From an uncultured Gammaproteobacteria bacterium (GTDB lineage Bacteria > Pseudomonadota > Gammaproteobacteria > Steroidobacterales > UBA11654), in assembly GCA_902595845.1 (NCBI GenBank), contig CACJRN010000008.1, positions 2,153-66,152 on the forward strand: DNA of 64,000 bases, read 5' to 3'. Under the pieces are notes generated by a model. That model was not told the DNA's origin. It searched no databases and saw nothing but the letters and a program-made list of their open reading frames with translations. Shown in pieces: positions 53,240 through 62,201 of this stretch (the first letter of the stretch is position 1; each line of letters begins with the position of its first letter). The position numbers and the translations under genes were made by a program.

Positions 53240-55597
53240 CTAAAACTTCATATTGAAGCGTAGCCCTATATTTCTCCCTGGCAAAGGCACTTGATCTTTC
53301 ACAAAAGATGAATGATTTCGTGCAACTTCATCGAGTATGTTTTTAGCATACAAAGTCACAAGCATCTCACTGTCTCCAGACATAATTGGAATGCTCTGAG
53401 AGACTTTCATGTCAAGCATGTTGTAAGACTCAGTTGGTGTCTCATTCAATGATAGTTTGTTTTGAGACTTTACATTCCTTAGAGTCAGGGAAGCACTGTA
53501 ACCTTCTTTTGCATATTCGATTGAGAAAATATGCCTTCTTGGATTAATCCTTGGGACATATCCTCCGTCTTTAAACTTCGCATTGACATAATCCATGCCA
53601 TAAGAGAAAGACATAGAGCCGCCATTAAGATTAATGGAACGACCCAGTTCAAACTCATATCCATTGAATTCTGCATCCTTTTGCATGTAGTTTGAAAGAA
53701 TCAACCCACCATGATCATCATGTCCATCGTGATCGTCATGATCATCGTGTCCATCATGGTCATCATGATCTTCATCGTGATGATCCTCTTCATGCATCTC
53801 ATGCTCCTCTTCAGATTCATCTAGCAGGTAGATATAGTCATCCACGTCATTTCTGAAGATTGTTGCGGTTGCAAAGAAACCATTGTTTTCATAATCAAAT
53901 GTGAGATCAATGTTATTTGAAGTCTCTGATTTCAAAGTGACATCACCCACTTCAAAGCGTCCAGTGGCTAAATGCGCTCCATTCATGAAAAGCTCAACAG
54001 CAGATGGTGCTCTTTTAACACTCGCCAAACCAAGGTTCACAACCGTATTTTCATTGAGCTCTCTATCAATGGATAGAGCAATGCTGGTTTCATTGCGATC
54101 GATGTCATAAGCTTCCATTTCTTCTTCATCATGGTGCTCATCATCATGTTCTTCATCATGATCCTCGTCGTGATGCTCATCTTCATCATGATGTTCTTCT
54201 TCCTCGTGATGGGCCACTGTACCTTTGCGATTCACACGATCGTGTCGAATACCCAAATGAAGATCCAAGCCCATTAAGCTTGTACCGACATAATAACCAA
54301 TCATCTTTTCAGAAGAATCCACAGGATTCATGAAAGCTTCTGCTCCAATAATGGAGACATCTTCATTCATGTTTTGTAAAACGAGTTTCTGAGTGAGTGA
54401 ATCATCGCCGAAATCCAATATCAGACCAAATTCATCCGACTCATTGCTGAAGACTGTTGGCCCTTCTTCATGTCCATGACCATCGTGATCATCATCATGC
54501 TCTTCATCATGCTCTTCACCTTCATGGCCTTCTTCTTCTGCATGTTGCTCAGTCAAAGAGTAATCAGAGTTTCTGTAGTAATATCTCATGTTGTTTAGAC
54601 TGTCATTATTGAAGATATAAGAACCCTCAATATTGAATACATCAGAGTCAGTGGTAGAGAATATCCTTTCTCCTTCATGCTCATCATGGCCTCCATCGTG
54701 ATCATCATCATGATCTTCATCGTGGTCTTCATCATGATCATCGTGGCCGCCATGACCTTCATGGCCTTCGCCATGATAAGGAATGCCATAAACACTTTCA
54801 GTATTTAGATAAGAAGCTCCGAAGTAACCCCAATCACCAGTAGTTGAAAGGCCCAGTCGGTGTGTTTTTGATTCAAAATCTGAGTTTTCAAGAAAGCCCA
54901 TGTCTTCATCATGATCTTCGTCGTGGTCTTCCTCGTGACCTTCTTCATGCTCTTCTGAATGAATGACTGCCCCTTTGGGAATATCATAATTCTCAAGCGA
55001 GCTGTCTTTGTAAGCATATGAAAGATTCAAGCCGCCCAAATTTTCTTTGTAACTGAATCCACCGATCTTTCCATCGTTTGCTGACTGCGCTTCTAGGTCA
55101 ATTCTTAAATCTCTATCAGCAAAATCTTCTCTTGCAATGGTGTCATCAACAATATTCACAATCCCACCAATTGCACCATTAGAATACATCAGTGATGATG
55201 GGCCTCTAATGATTTCAATTTGCTTGACTGCGTTTAAGTCGACTTCATTCACATGGTCTATACCAATCCCTGACATGTCACGAACGACTAGGCCGTTGTT
55301 TAAGACCTTTACTCTGCTGCCTGACATGCCTCGAATGATTGGTTGTCCAACTGCTGCACCATAGTCTGCAGATGAAACACCCAATAAACTATCGATGGTC
55401 TCACCCAAGCTCTGAGTTGAGTTAGTCGCTAGCTCTTCTTCACTTAGGATATGAATTGGATCATTAGCCGCATCATCGCTATGGGAAACATATGATGACG
55501 TGACTGTGATCTCCTCAATGGAATCTTGTGCAATCAGTCCTGTTGAAATGATGGTGGAAATAAGTACCACCATATATAAATTAATATGCGTTCTCAT
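53240..55597 (-). CDS. TonB-dependent receptor with five His/Asp/Glu-rich inserts (putative divalent-metal receptor, ZnuD-like concept)
   Basis: 785 aa with a signal peptide, TonB-box/plug (IEEITVTSS, IRGPSSLMYSNGAIGG), a barrel, and C-terminal FNMKF. The inserts are at residues ~213-233, 275-310, 351-378, 463-494 and 594-631. Confidence 0.85.
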   Translation of the reverse strand: MRTHINLYMVVLISTIISTGLIAQDSIEEITVTSSYVSHSDDAANDPIHILSEEELATNSTQSLGETIDSLLGVSSADYGAAVGQPIIRGMSGSRVKVLNNGLVVRDMSGIGIDHVNEVDLNAVKQIEIIRGPSSLMYSNGAIGGIVNIVDDTIAREDFADRDLRIDLEAQSANDGKIGGFSYKENLGGLNLSYAYKDSSLENYDIPKGAVIHSEEHEEGHEEDHDEDHDEDMGFLENSDFESKTHRLGLSTTGDWGYFGASYLNTESVYGIPYHGEGHEGHGGHDDHDEDHDEDHDDDHDGGHDEHEGERIFSTTDSDVFNIEGSYIFNNDSLNNMRYYYRNSDYSLTEQHAEEEGHEGEEHDEEHDDDHDGHGHEEGPTVFSNESDEFGLILDFGDDSLTQKLVLQNMNEDVSIIGAEAFMNPVDSSEKMIGYYVGTSLMGLDLHLGIRHDRVNRKGTVAHHEEEEHHDEDEHHDEDHDEEHDDEHHDEEEMEAYDIDRNETSIALSIDRELNENTVVNLGLASVKRAPSAVELFMNGAHLATGRFEVGDVTLKSETSNNIDLTFDYENNGFFATATIFRNDVDDYIYLLDESEEEHEMHEEDHHDEDHDDHDGHDDHDDHDGHDDHGGLILSNYMQKDAEFNGYEFELGRSINLNGGSMSFSYGMDYVNAKFKDGGYVPRINPRRHIFSIEYAKEGYSASLTLRNVKSQNKLSLNETPTESYNMLDMKVSQSIPIMSGDSEMLVTLYAKNILDEVARNHSSFVKDQVPLPGRNIGLRFNMKF

Positions 55598-55643
55598 GAA
55601 GTACCTCCTGTAACGAACGTTTTAAATTAAAATTAGATTTAAT

Positions 55644-55916
55644 TTAAATTTTTGGAGGTGCTCTGGACTCAAATAAGTGGTTAGTTGCTGTGTAGAGGTA
55701 ACTTTGTTTGAATTCTTCAACAATAACAGGACTCAGTTCGACCCTTTTTATCGGATCACTCAAGTCGGTCTCAATGACCTTATTATTGTTGAATGGACAT
55801 TCATATTCATGCCCATGATTGTCATCGGCATGCACGTGCGAGACTGCATCAAGTGATACAGTTGTCACAAAGAAAAATGTAGCCAATAAGGCGCTGAATG
55901 TTCTTATGTTATGCAT
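55644..55916 (-). CDS. small exported His-rich protein (possible periplasmic metal-binding partner)
   Basis: 90 aa. A signal peptide is followed directly by SHVHADDNHGHEYEC. It ends 46 nt upstream of the receptor gene on the same strand. Confidence 0.5.
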   Translation of the reverse strand: MHNIRTFSALLATFFFVTTVSLDAVSHVHADDNHGHEYECPFNNNKVIETDLSDPIKRVELSPVIVEEFKQSYLYTATNHLFESRAPPKI

Positions 55917-56010
55917 TTATTGGCATTCTATTCTAAAGCAATCGGTTTTGAAATCATTTTATGCCTGATAGAGCTTATTCAGCCATCCTCAAGCAATGAA
56001 GTCTGGAAAT

Positions 56011-56541
56011 TTATGCTGATTCATTTTCATTGATTTGGATATCAATGCTCACCTCGCCAGAGAGACCTTTGACTGCATCATTCACAGAATCAACGATGTC
56101 TTCTGTGAGCGATTGAATATCTTCATCGCTTTTTTCACTCTGCACGTTGACACTGATATTGACACTTAAATCTTTCATGACATCGCCGATATCATCAGCA
56201 ACATCGTCAATGATTTCTGTTATGGTTTCTTCAATTGAATCAGAATCATCTGATTTCATTTTGATGATAATTTTTCGATCTTCTTCATGTCCAGGCATGG
56301 GTTTTTTCATCTTTTTCATGACGATATGTTTCTCGCCGTCATCGGTCAAAAAGACCATATTCTTATCGCCAAGAGACATCTCACCCATTTCCTTGTCAAT
56401 CCAAGCCATCGGTGTTTGAGGCGTTGGTGGTGATTCATGCATGCGGTGATGCGGCCTGTAATCATCCTTTTGACTGATAATAAATGCCGCAGCGATTATG
56501 CCCACAGCTATGATTGTGGAACCCACTATTGTTTCTCTCAT
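56011..56541 (-). CDS. membrane-anchored acidic protein, unknown function
   Basis: 176 aa. N-terminal helix (GSTIIAVGIIAAAFII), then HHRMHE, then a highly acidic repetitive tail (DDVADDIGDVMKD..., EDIVDSVNDAVKG...). Confidence 0.5.
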   Translation of the reverse strand: MRETIVGSTIIAVGIIAAAFIISQKDDYRPHHRMHESPPTPQTPMAWIDKEMGEMSLGDKNMVFLTDDGEKHIVMKKMKKPMPGHEEDRKIIIKMKSDDSDSIEETITEIIDDVADDIGDVMKDLSVNISVNVQSEKSDEDIQSLTEDIVDSVNDAVKGLSGEVSIDIQINENESA

Positions 56542-56637
56542 GTTCTTACTCCAATTGCTTTTAAGTAGATACTACATTGGTTTTGACAGACAAAGTATGG
56601 TTTTATTGTGAAGAGAATACGGATGTGGTACCTAGAT

Positions 56638-57033
56638 ATGAAGATGTACTTTCTGTTGATTTATTTCCTTCTTGGCTCGAGTGATATCGAGGCAAAAGCA
56701 GAGTCGTATGAATGCACTTTCAGCTTCATTCCATTTCTCACAAAAGTCTTTCCTTGCAGAACAGATGCAGAGCAATCATTGGAAAGTCTCAGAGTGTATT
56801 GGAAATCAGAGGATGACGGCACACTTTGTCACTATTTCTATTTCCCAATGGCTGATCCCAGTGCTTCTAAAAAACTGCTACTGGATAATTACAAAATCAT
56901 GGCAACTGAGATTGAAAAGAGAGGCATTGACTGCATAAAGGATCACAGAAATATATTTTGGTACAGGGGAAAGAATACCAAAAGCATGTTGGAAAAATTC
57001 TCAAAGTGGGATGAGAGCAAGTCAAGCAGATGA
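56638..57033 (+). CDS. exported protein, unknown function
   Basis: Start trimmed from GTG 56608 to ATG 56638 (MKMYFLLIYFLLGSSDIEA). 4 Cys. ATGA-type overlap with the next gene. Confidence 0.4.
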   Translation: MKMYFLLIYFLLGSSDIEAKAESYECTFSFIPFLTKVFPCRTDAEQSLESLRVYWKSEDDGTLCHYFYFPMADPSASKKLLLDNYKIMATEIEKRGIDCIKDHRNIFWYRGKNTKSMLEKFSKWDESKSSR

Positions 57034-57479
57034 ATTTAAGATTCAAAGCATACTCAAAAGAAAACTATGAGCAGTGCTTGGAATTATTTGACCTCAATTG
57101 CCCAAAATATTTTGCCTCGATAGAAAAGAATGATTACATCGAATTCCTCAATCAAACAAAGGAAGAGTATGTAACCATCCATCACGATTCGATTTTAATC
57201 GGTGCCTATGGGGTCCATAAAACATCATCTGAATCTGCCTCTCAAAGTTGGACCCTCATCCATCCAAAATACCAAAATCAGGGCATCGGTCGCTTGATTA
57301 TGGAAAGAGTATTTTCATTTTTGGAGAGCAATCAATTGGACAAACTATTTCTTTCTACAAGTCAGCAAACAGAGGCATTCTTTGTGAAATTTGGGGCAAT
57401 TAGAATTGATTATATTGAAAATGGTTGGGGTGAAGGCCTGCATCGAATTGAGATGAAGATTGAGAGAGCTATACGTTGA
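57030..57479 (+). CDS. GNAT-family N-acetyltransferase
   Basis: 149 aa. Motif A is IHPKYQNQGIGRLIME. Confidence 0.7.
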   Translation: MNLRFKAYSKENYEQCLELFDLNCPKYFASIEKNDYIEFLNQTKEEYVTIHHDSILIGAYGVHKTSSESASQSWTLIHPKYQNQGIGRLIMERVFSFLESNQLDKLFLSTSQQTEAFFVKFGAIRIDYIENGWGEGLHRIEMKIERAIR

Positions 57480-58566
57480 ACTTAAAGTGCATCACATCGC
57501 CCTCTTGCACAATATAATCCTTTCCTTCGAGTCTGAGCTTGCCAGCTGACTTAGCGCCCTGTTCTCCTCCATGCTCAATGTAGTCATCGAAACCAATCAC
57601 TTCCGCTTTTATAAAACCCCTCTCAAAATCGGTGTGAATCGTCCCTGCTGCTTGTGGCGCCAATGATTGCTTTCTAACTGGCCAAGCGCGAACCTCTTTG
57701 GGTCCAGCCGTAAAGAAAGTTTGTAGATTGAGTAAATCATATGAGGCACGAATCAGCTTATTGATTGCGGGCTCTTCCAAATTCAGTTCATCCAGAAACT
57801 CTTTCATCTCAGATGGCTCAAGGGTACTGATTTCAAGCTCAAGTGAGACACAGAGTTTGAGAAGCTCTGCATCTTCAACTGACTTCACTTTCTCTTTTAA
57901 AGCTTGCAAGCCCTCTGTTTCATCGGTGATGCTCGACTCATCAATATTTGCAAGACACAACATGGGTTTCTTGGTCAAAAGAGAAAGCTCTTTCATGATC
58001 CCTTCTTGGTCTTTCTCAACATTGAATGTTCTCGCTGGAAGATCATCATTGAGATGTTCCAAAAGAGACTCCAAAAAAGCATGCTTTGCCAACATCGCTT
58101 TGTCGCCAGCCTTTGACTGCTTCCCTGCTCTCTCCAGATTTCGCTCAACTGTTTGAATATCGGCCAGCAGCAGTTCGGTATTGATGATTTCAAAGTCATT
58201 CACGGGATTGATTTCATCAGAGACATGGGTGACATTCTTGTCCTCAAAGCACCGGACCACATGGATGATTGCATCCGTTTCTCGAATATTTGCCAAAAAC
58301 TTATTTCCAAGACCTTCGCCTTGTGAAGCACCTTCAACCAATCCGGCAATATCGACAAACTCAACAATGGACGGAATCACTTCTTCAGGATTATTGATGG
58401 CAGACAATTGATCCAGGCGTGAATCGGGGACCATGACAACTCCAACATTGGGCTCGATGGTACAAAAGGGATAATTCGCCGCCTCTGCCTTTCCTTCTGA
58501 AAGAATATTAAATAGGGATGATTTACCAACGTTTGGAAGCCCTACAATGCCGCACTTGATACCCAT
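57469..58566 (-). CDS. ychF: ribosome-binding ATPase YchF
   Basis: 365 aa. G1 motif GIVGLPNVGKSSLFN, a TGS-like C-terminus, and conserved synteny next to pth. Confidence 0.95.
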   Translation of the reverse strand: MGIKCGIVGLPNVGKSSLFNILSEGKAEAANYPFCTIEPNVGVVMVPDSRLDQLSAINNPEEVIPSIVEFVDIAGLVEGASQGEGLGNKFLANIRETDAIIHVVRCFEDKNVTHVSDEINPVNDFEIINTELLLADIQTVERNLERAGKQSKAGDKAMLAKHAFLESLLEHLNDDLPARTFNVEKDQEGIMKELSLLTKKPMLCLANIDESSITDETEGLQALKEKVKSVEDAELLKLCVSLELEISTLEPSEMKEFLDELNLEEPAINKLIRASYDLLNLQTFFTAGPKEVRAWPVRKQSLAPQAAGTIHTDFERGFIKAEVIGFDDYIEHGGEQGAKSAGKLRLEGKDYIVQEGDVMHFKFNV

Positions 58567-58628
58567 ATGCCTTGATTTATTGAATAGTCGATTTAAAGTG
58601 AGTGGAGTTTAACAAGATATTCATCGAA

Positions 58629-59657
58629 ATGGCGAAAATATTTAAAGCGACAACGGCTGGCAGCTTACCTAAGCCCAATTGGCTGGCTGAAACTGAAAAG
58701 CTCTGGCCTGCTTGGGTGGATTCGGGCGATTCTCTCATTGAGAAAAAAAAGGAATCGACTGCCATGTGGATCAAGGAGCAGGAGAAATCAGGCATAGAAA
58801 TCATCTCTGAAGGTGAGCAATTCAGAATCCATTTTGTCCATGGTTTCTTAGAGACCATTGAAGGGATCAATTGGGATAAAAAGACACAAATGGGGATTCG
58901 AAATGATCGTTATGTTGTTGAAGTGCCAACTGTGACAGATCCATTAAGAAAGGCAGGTAGTGTTCATATTGAGGAAGCAAAGTTTCTAAGATCCAATACA
59001 GAAAAGCTCACTAAATTTACACTCCCTGGACCCATGACAATAGCTGATACCATTGCGAATGATTACTATGCCAATAAGGAAGAAATGGCCATGGAATTTG
59101 CAAAACTCTTGAATGATGAGGCCAAATCATTGTGTGAAGTGGGTATCGATATCATTCAATTTGATGAACCTGCTTTCAATAGTTTTTTAAAAGAAAGTAC
59201 CGAATGGGGAATGGACGCAATGGAAATGGCAATTGATGGTCTTGATTGTAAAACTGCAGTTCATATTTGTTATGGCTATGGCATTGAAGAAAACCTCAAT
59301 TGGAAAAAAACATTGGGCGATCAATGGAGGCAATATGAAGAACTTTTCCCCGCCATCAATCAAAGCAATATTGATCAAGTCTCACTCGAATTTGCAGGCT
59401 CCAAAGTCCCCGCTGAATTGATGAGGCTGCTGCCTGATAAAGAGATCATGGTTGGTGTTATCTCTGTTGTTAAAGATCACATCGAAACTGCAGAAGAGGT
59501 TGAAATGAATATCATTGCTGCACTCGATCACGTTGAAAAAGAACGACTTATACCTTGTACTAATTGCGGAATGGCTCCAATCTCAGTAGAGACAGCAAAA
59601 CAAAAACTAAAAGCTCTGGGAGAAGGAGCGATGAGAGCTGAGAAGAGAATCAGTTAA
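58629..59657 (+). CDS. single-domain (core) MetE-family homocysteine methyltransferase-like protein
   Basis: Start trimmed from 58602 to ATG 58629. About 342 aa, so only the C-terminal catalytic half of the ~750-aa MetE. Zn-ligand contexts are VHICYGYG and PCTNCGMAP. Confidence 0.7.
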   Translation: MAKIFKATTAGSLPKPNWLAETEKLWPAWVDSGDSLIEKKKESTAMWIKEQEKSGIEIISEGEQFRIHFVHGFLETIEGINWDKKTQMGIRNDRYVVEVPTVTDPLRKAGSVHIEEAKFLRSNTEKLTKFTLPGPMTIADTIANDYYANKEEMAMEFAKLLNDEAKSLCEVGIDIIQFDEPAFNSFLKESTEWGMDAMEMAIDGLDCKTAVHICYGYGIEENLNWKKTLGDQWRQYEELFPAINQSNIDQVSLEFAGSKVPAELMRLLPDKEIMVGVISVVKDHIETAEEVEMNIIAALDHVEKERLIPCTNCGMAPISVETAKQKLKALGEGAMRAEKRIS

Positions 59658-60231
59658 ATTGATTCATGGTCTCATCAAGACCATTTTTTAATAGCGAATC
59701 CATCATGTCGACCGCCTGATGAATGGATTGCTCTAAAATTTCCTTTTCCCCTTTTTTAGGCTTGGATAAAACATAATCAATTACTTCATCTTTCTCAGGA
59801 TGCCCAATGCCCATTCGGATACGAATGAAATCTTTGCTCCCACATGCTTGTATGATGTCTCTCAAACCATTGTGGCCCCCATGACCACCTGAATATTTGA
59901 TTCTGACCTCTCCTACGTCTAAATCCAGGTCATCATGGATGATGCAGATATCTTGCATGCTGATATTTCGATATTTCCTGAGCCGATTCACAGAAAGTCC
60001 ACTCTCATTCATGTATCGAGATGATTTGAACAATAAAAATTCTTTTTCATGGAGGGTAGATTTAAGGATTGATCCATCCGATTTTTTATCATCTTTTAAA
60101 TCGCCCAACATATGCCTCTCTACAAAGGAGTCAATAGAAAGATATCCTAGATTGTGTCGAGTATGCTGATATCGATCGCCTGGATTGCCAAGACCGATAA
60201 AAATTTTTGGGATGATGTTTGCAGGACGCAT
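59650..60231 (-). CDS. pth: peptidyl-tRNA hydrolase
   Basis: 193 aa with FIGLGNPGDRYQHTRHNLGY and HGGHNGLRD. Confidence 0.9.
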   Translation of the reverse strand: MRPANIIPKIFIGLGNPGDRYQHTRHNLGYLSIDSFVERHMLGDLKDDKKSDGSILKSTLHEKEFLLFKSSRYMNESGLSVNRLRKYRNISMQDICIIHDDLDLDVGEVRIKYSGGHGGHNGLRDIIQACGSKDFIRIRMGIGHPEKDEVIDYVLSKPKKGEKEILEQSIHQAVDMMDSLLKNGLDETMNQFN

Positions 60232-60248
60232 GGTCTACAAGAGAATAT

Positions 60249-60965
60249 TTATTCCTCTTTGCTGTCCTCAGATTCTCCTTCAGATTCTGAAGACTCAGAA
60301 CCTTCTTCACCAGCAGCTGCAGCCTCAATGCCCTCTTCGCCCTCTTCGCCTTCAGCCAATTCTTCAACTTCAGGCTCTTCTTGGATTTGCAGTAATCTGA
60401 CCGCAACAATGGGTTCATTGGCTGGCTCTTCTTGCGTCAGAAGTGAAATTTCAACTCCTTCAGGAAGAACAATGTCTTCAAGGTAAAGCATGTCATCCAA
60501 TTCAAGTGATTCAACATCGACTTCAAGCCTCTCTGGAAGATCTTTTGGCAGACAACTGATTTCAACTTCATTCATCAATGGTGTAACCGTTCCGCCACCC
60601 ATTTTCACACCAACCGCAATATCATCATTGATGAAGGCAAGAGGTACAGAAACCTTGATGGCAACATCTGAACGAACTCTCTGTAAGTCCAAATGCATAA
60701 CTTGTCTTCTTGCTGGATGAACTTGAATGTCTTTGATCAAGACAGATTCTTCTTTGCCATCGACCGCGATGTTCAAAATACTATTAAGGAATGCTTCATT
60801 GTTTAACTTTTTAAGTAATTCATTATGACTAATGGATACCTTGACACTGTCTTTACCAGCACCATAGACTACAGCAGGAACCATGCCGTCACGCCTCATT
60901 CTTCTTGAATGACTAGTGCCAGCATCTTCTCTTGAGACTGTATTCAGATCGTAATCTGTTGCCAT
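60249..60965 (-). CDS. rplY: 50S ribosomal protein L25 / general stress protein Ctc form, with an acidic C-terminal tail
   Basis: 238 aa. N-terminus RRMRRDGMVPAVVYG, a Ctc-type second domain, and a ~45-aa E/S/G-rich tail. Confidence 0.9.
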   Translation of the reverse strand: MATDYDLNTVSREDAGTSHSRRMRRDGMVPAVVYGAGKDSVKVSISHNELLKKLNNEAFLNSILNIAVDGKEESVLIKDIQVHPARRQVMHLDLQRVRSDVAIKVSVPLAFINDDIAVGVKMGGGTVTPLMNEVEISCLPKDLPERLEVDVESLELDDMLYLEDIVLPEGVEISLLTQEEPANEPIVAVRLLQIQEEPEVEELAEGEEGEEGIEAAAAGEEGSESSESEGESEDSKEE

Positions 60966-61060
60966 TAGTTAATTCCTCAAAATCTGTTAATTCGAAAATG
61001 GTCGCAAATGATAACCGAAGTTAAGCAATGACGCTAGAGAAAAGTAAGGATAAAATTGCC

Positions 61061-62014
61061 TTATTCTGCGTATAGAGAACTGACGGATTGATCTGCCACT
61101 ATTCTCTCTATCGTTTCACCTAGAAGCTCAGCAATTGAAAGTTGTCTAATTTTGCCTGTATCTTTTGCTTCCTGCATCAAAGGTATGGTGTCAGTCACAA
61201 CCAACTCATCGAGTTCAGAATCAGCTATTCTCTCTATTGCAGGCCCTGAAAGCACAGGGTGTGCAGCATAAGCCACTGTCTTCAGTGCGCCTTTCTCTTT
61301 GAGTGCGGCGGCTGCATTACAAAGCGTTCCAGCTGTATCGACCATGTCATCAAATATGATCGCTGTTTTTTGATCAACATCACCGATGATATTCATCACT
61401 TCAGACTTATTCGCTGCTTCCCTTCTTTTATCGATGATTGCCAAACTCGCATTTCCTAATCTTCTGGCGATTGCTCTTGCCCTTTGTACACCACCTACAT
61501 CTGGAGAAACAATCACCTGATCTGGATAACCTTGTTTCCACATGTCACTCATCAAAATGGTTGAGGAGTAAATATTATCAACTGGAATTGAGAAGAAACC
61601 TTCAATCTGATCTGCATGAAGATCCACAGTGATCACTCTTTTGATATCTGCTGTTTCAATCAAATCCGCTACCAATTTTGCAGAAACAGGGCCTCTGGTA
61701 TTCCTTGGTCTTCTGTCTTGCCTAGAATAACCAAAATAAGGAATGACAGCTGAAACAGAATTAGCCGATGCTCTTTTGCATGCATCTGCCATCAATAGAA
61801 GCTGCATCAGATGTTCATTGCCTGGTTGATAAGTCGATTGAACCAAAAATACATCCATCCCCCTGATGTTTTGAGAAATCTCAATGCTGGTTTCACCATC
61901 GCTGAAGGCTCCAACCTGGATATAACCAAGTGGTTCATTTAAATATCTAGCAATTTGTGAACCCAAGTCTTTTGATGCTGGACCCGCAAAAAGAATTAGC
62001 TTTTCTTTCTTCAT
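61061..62014 (-). CDS. prs: ribose-phosphate pyrophosphokinase
   Basis: 317 aa with DLHADQIEGFF and PRPP loop IIFDDMVDTAGT. Confidence 0.95.
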   Translation of the reverse strand: MKKEKLILFAGPASKDLGSQIARYLNEPLGYIQVGAFSDGETSIEISQNIRGMDVFLVQSTYQPGNEHLMQLLLMADACKRASANSVSAVIPYFGYSRQDRRPRNTRGPVSAKLVADLIETADIKRVITVDLHADQIEGFFSIPVDNIYSSTILMSDMWKQGYPDQVIVSPDVGGVQRARAIARRLGNASLAIIDKRREAANKSEVMNIIGDVDQKTAIIFDDMVDTAGTLCNAAAALKEKGALKTVAYAAHPVLSGPAIERIADSELDELVVTDTIPLMQEAKDTGKIRQLSIAELLGETIERIVADQSVSSLYAE

Positions 62015-62053
62015 ATTACCTCAATAAATTGAGTCATTTTATGCAGTTATGAG

Positions 62054-62128
62054 TGGCTGGGGTGGTAGGATTCGAACCTACGCATCACGGGATCAAAACC
62101 CGTTGCCTTACCGCTTGGCTACACCCCA
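62054..62128 (-). tRNA. tRNA-Gln (anticodon TTG)
   Basis: The reverse complement is TGGGGTGTAGCCAAGCGGTAAGGCAACGGGTTTTGATCCCGTGATGCGTAGGTTCGAATCCTACCACCCCAGCCA. It is close to the E. coli tRNA-Gln architecture, with the anticodon loop TTTTGAT. Confidence 0.9.
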
Positions 62129-62201
62129 ACAATCTACATAAGTTGCAGAAATGTCATTCTGAAGACGGCGAACCTATGTGTCAAGAATGGAGTGATTTAT
62201 G

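Noticed and set aside
53705-54961. The periodic cat/gat/gaa-rich DNA could be mistaken for a tandem repeat, microsatellite or CRISPR-like array.
   Set aside because: The stretches are in frame within one long TonB-receptor ORF. They are irregular in unit and length, have no repeat-spacer organisation, and are separated by ordinary barrel sequence.
55917-56010. Possible Zur or Fur box upstream of the small His-rich gene and receptor operon (AT-rich segment ...cataaaatgatttcaaaac... on the transcribed strand).
   Set aside because: By eye there is only a weak partial resemblance to the Fur (GATAATGATAATCATTATC) or Zur consensus, and no clear dyad symmetry. A PWM scan is needed before any claim.
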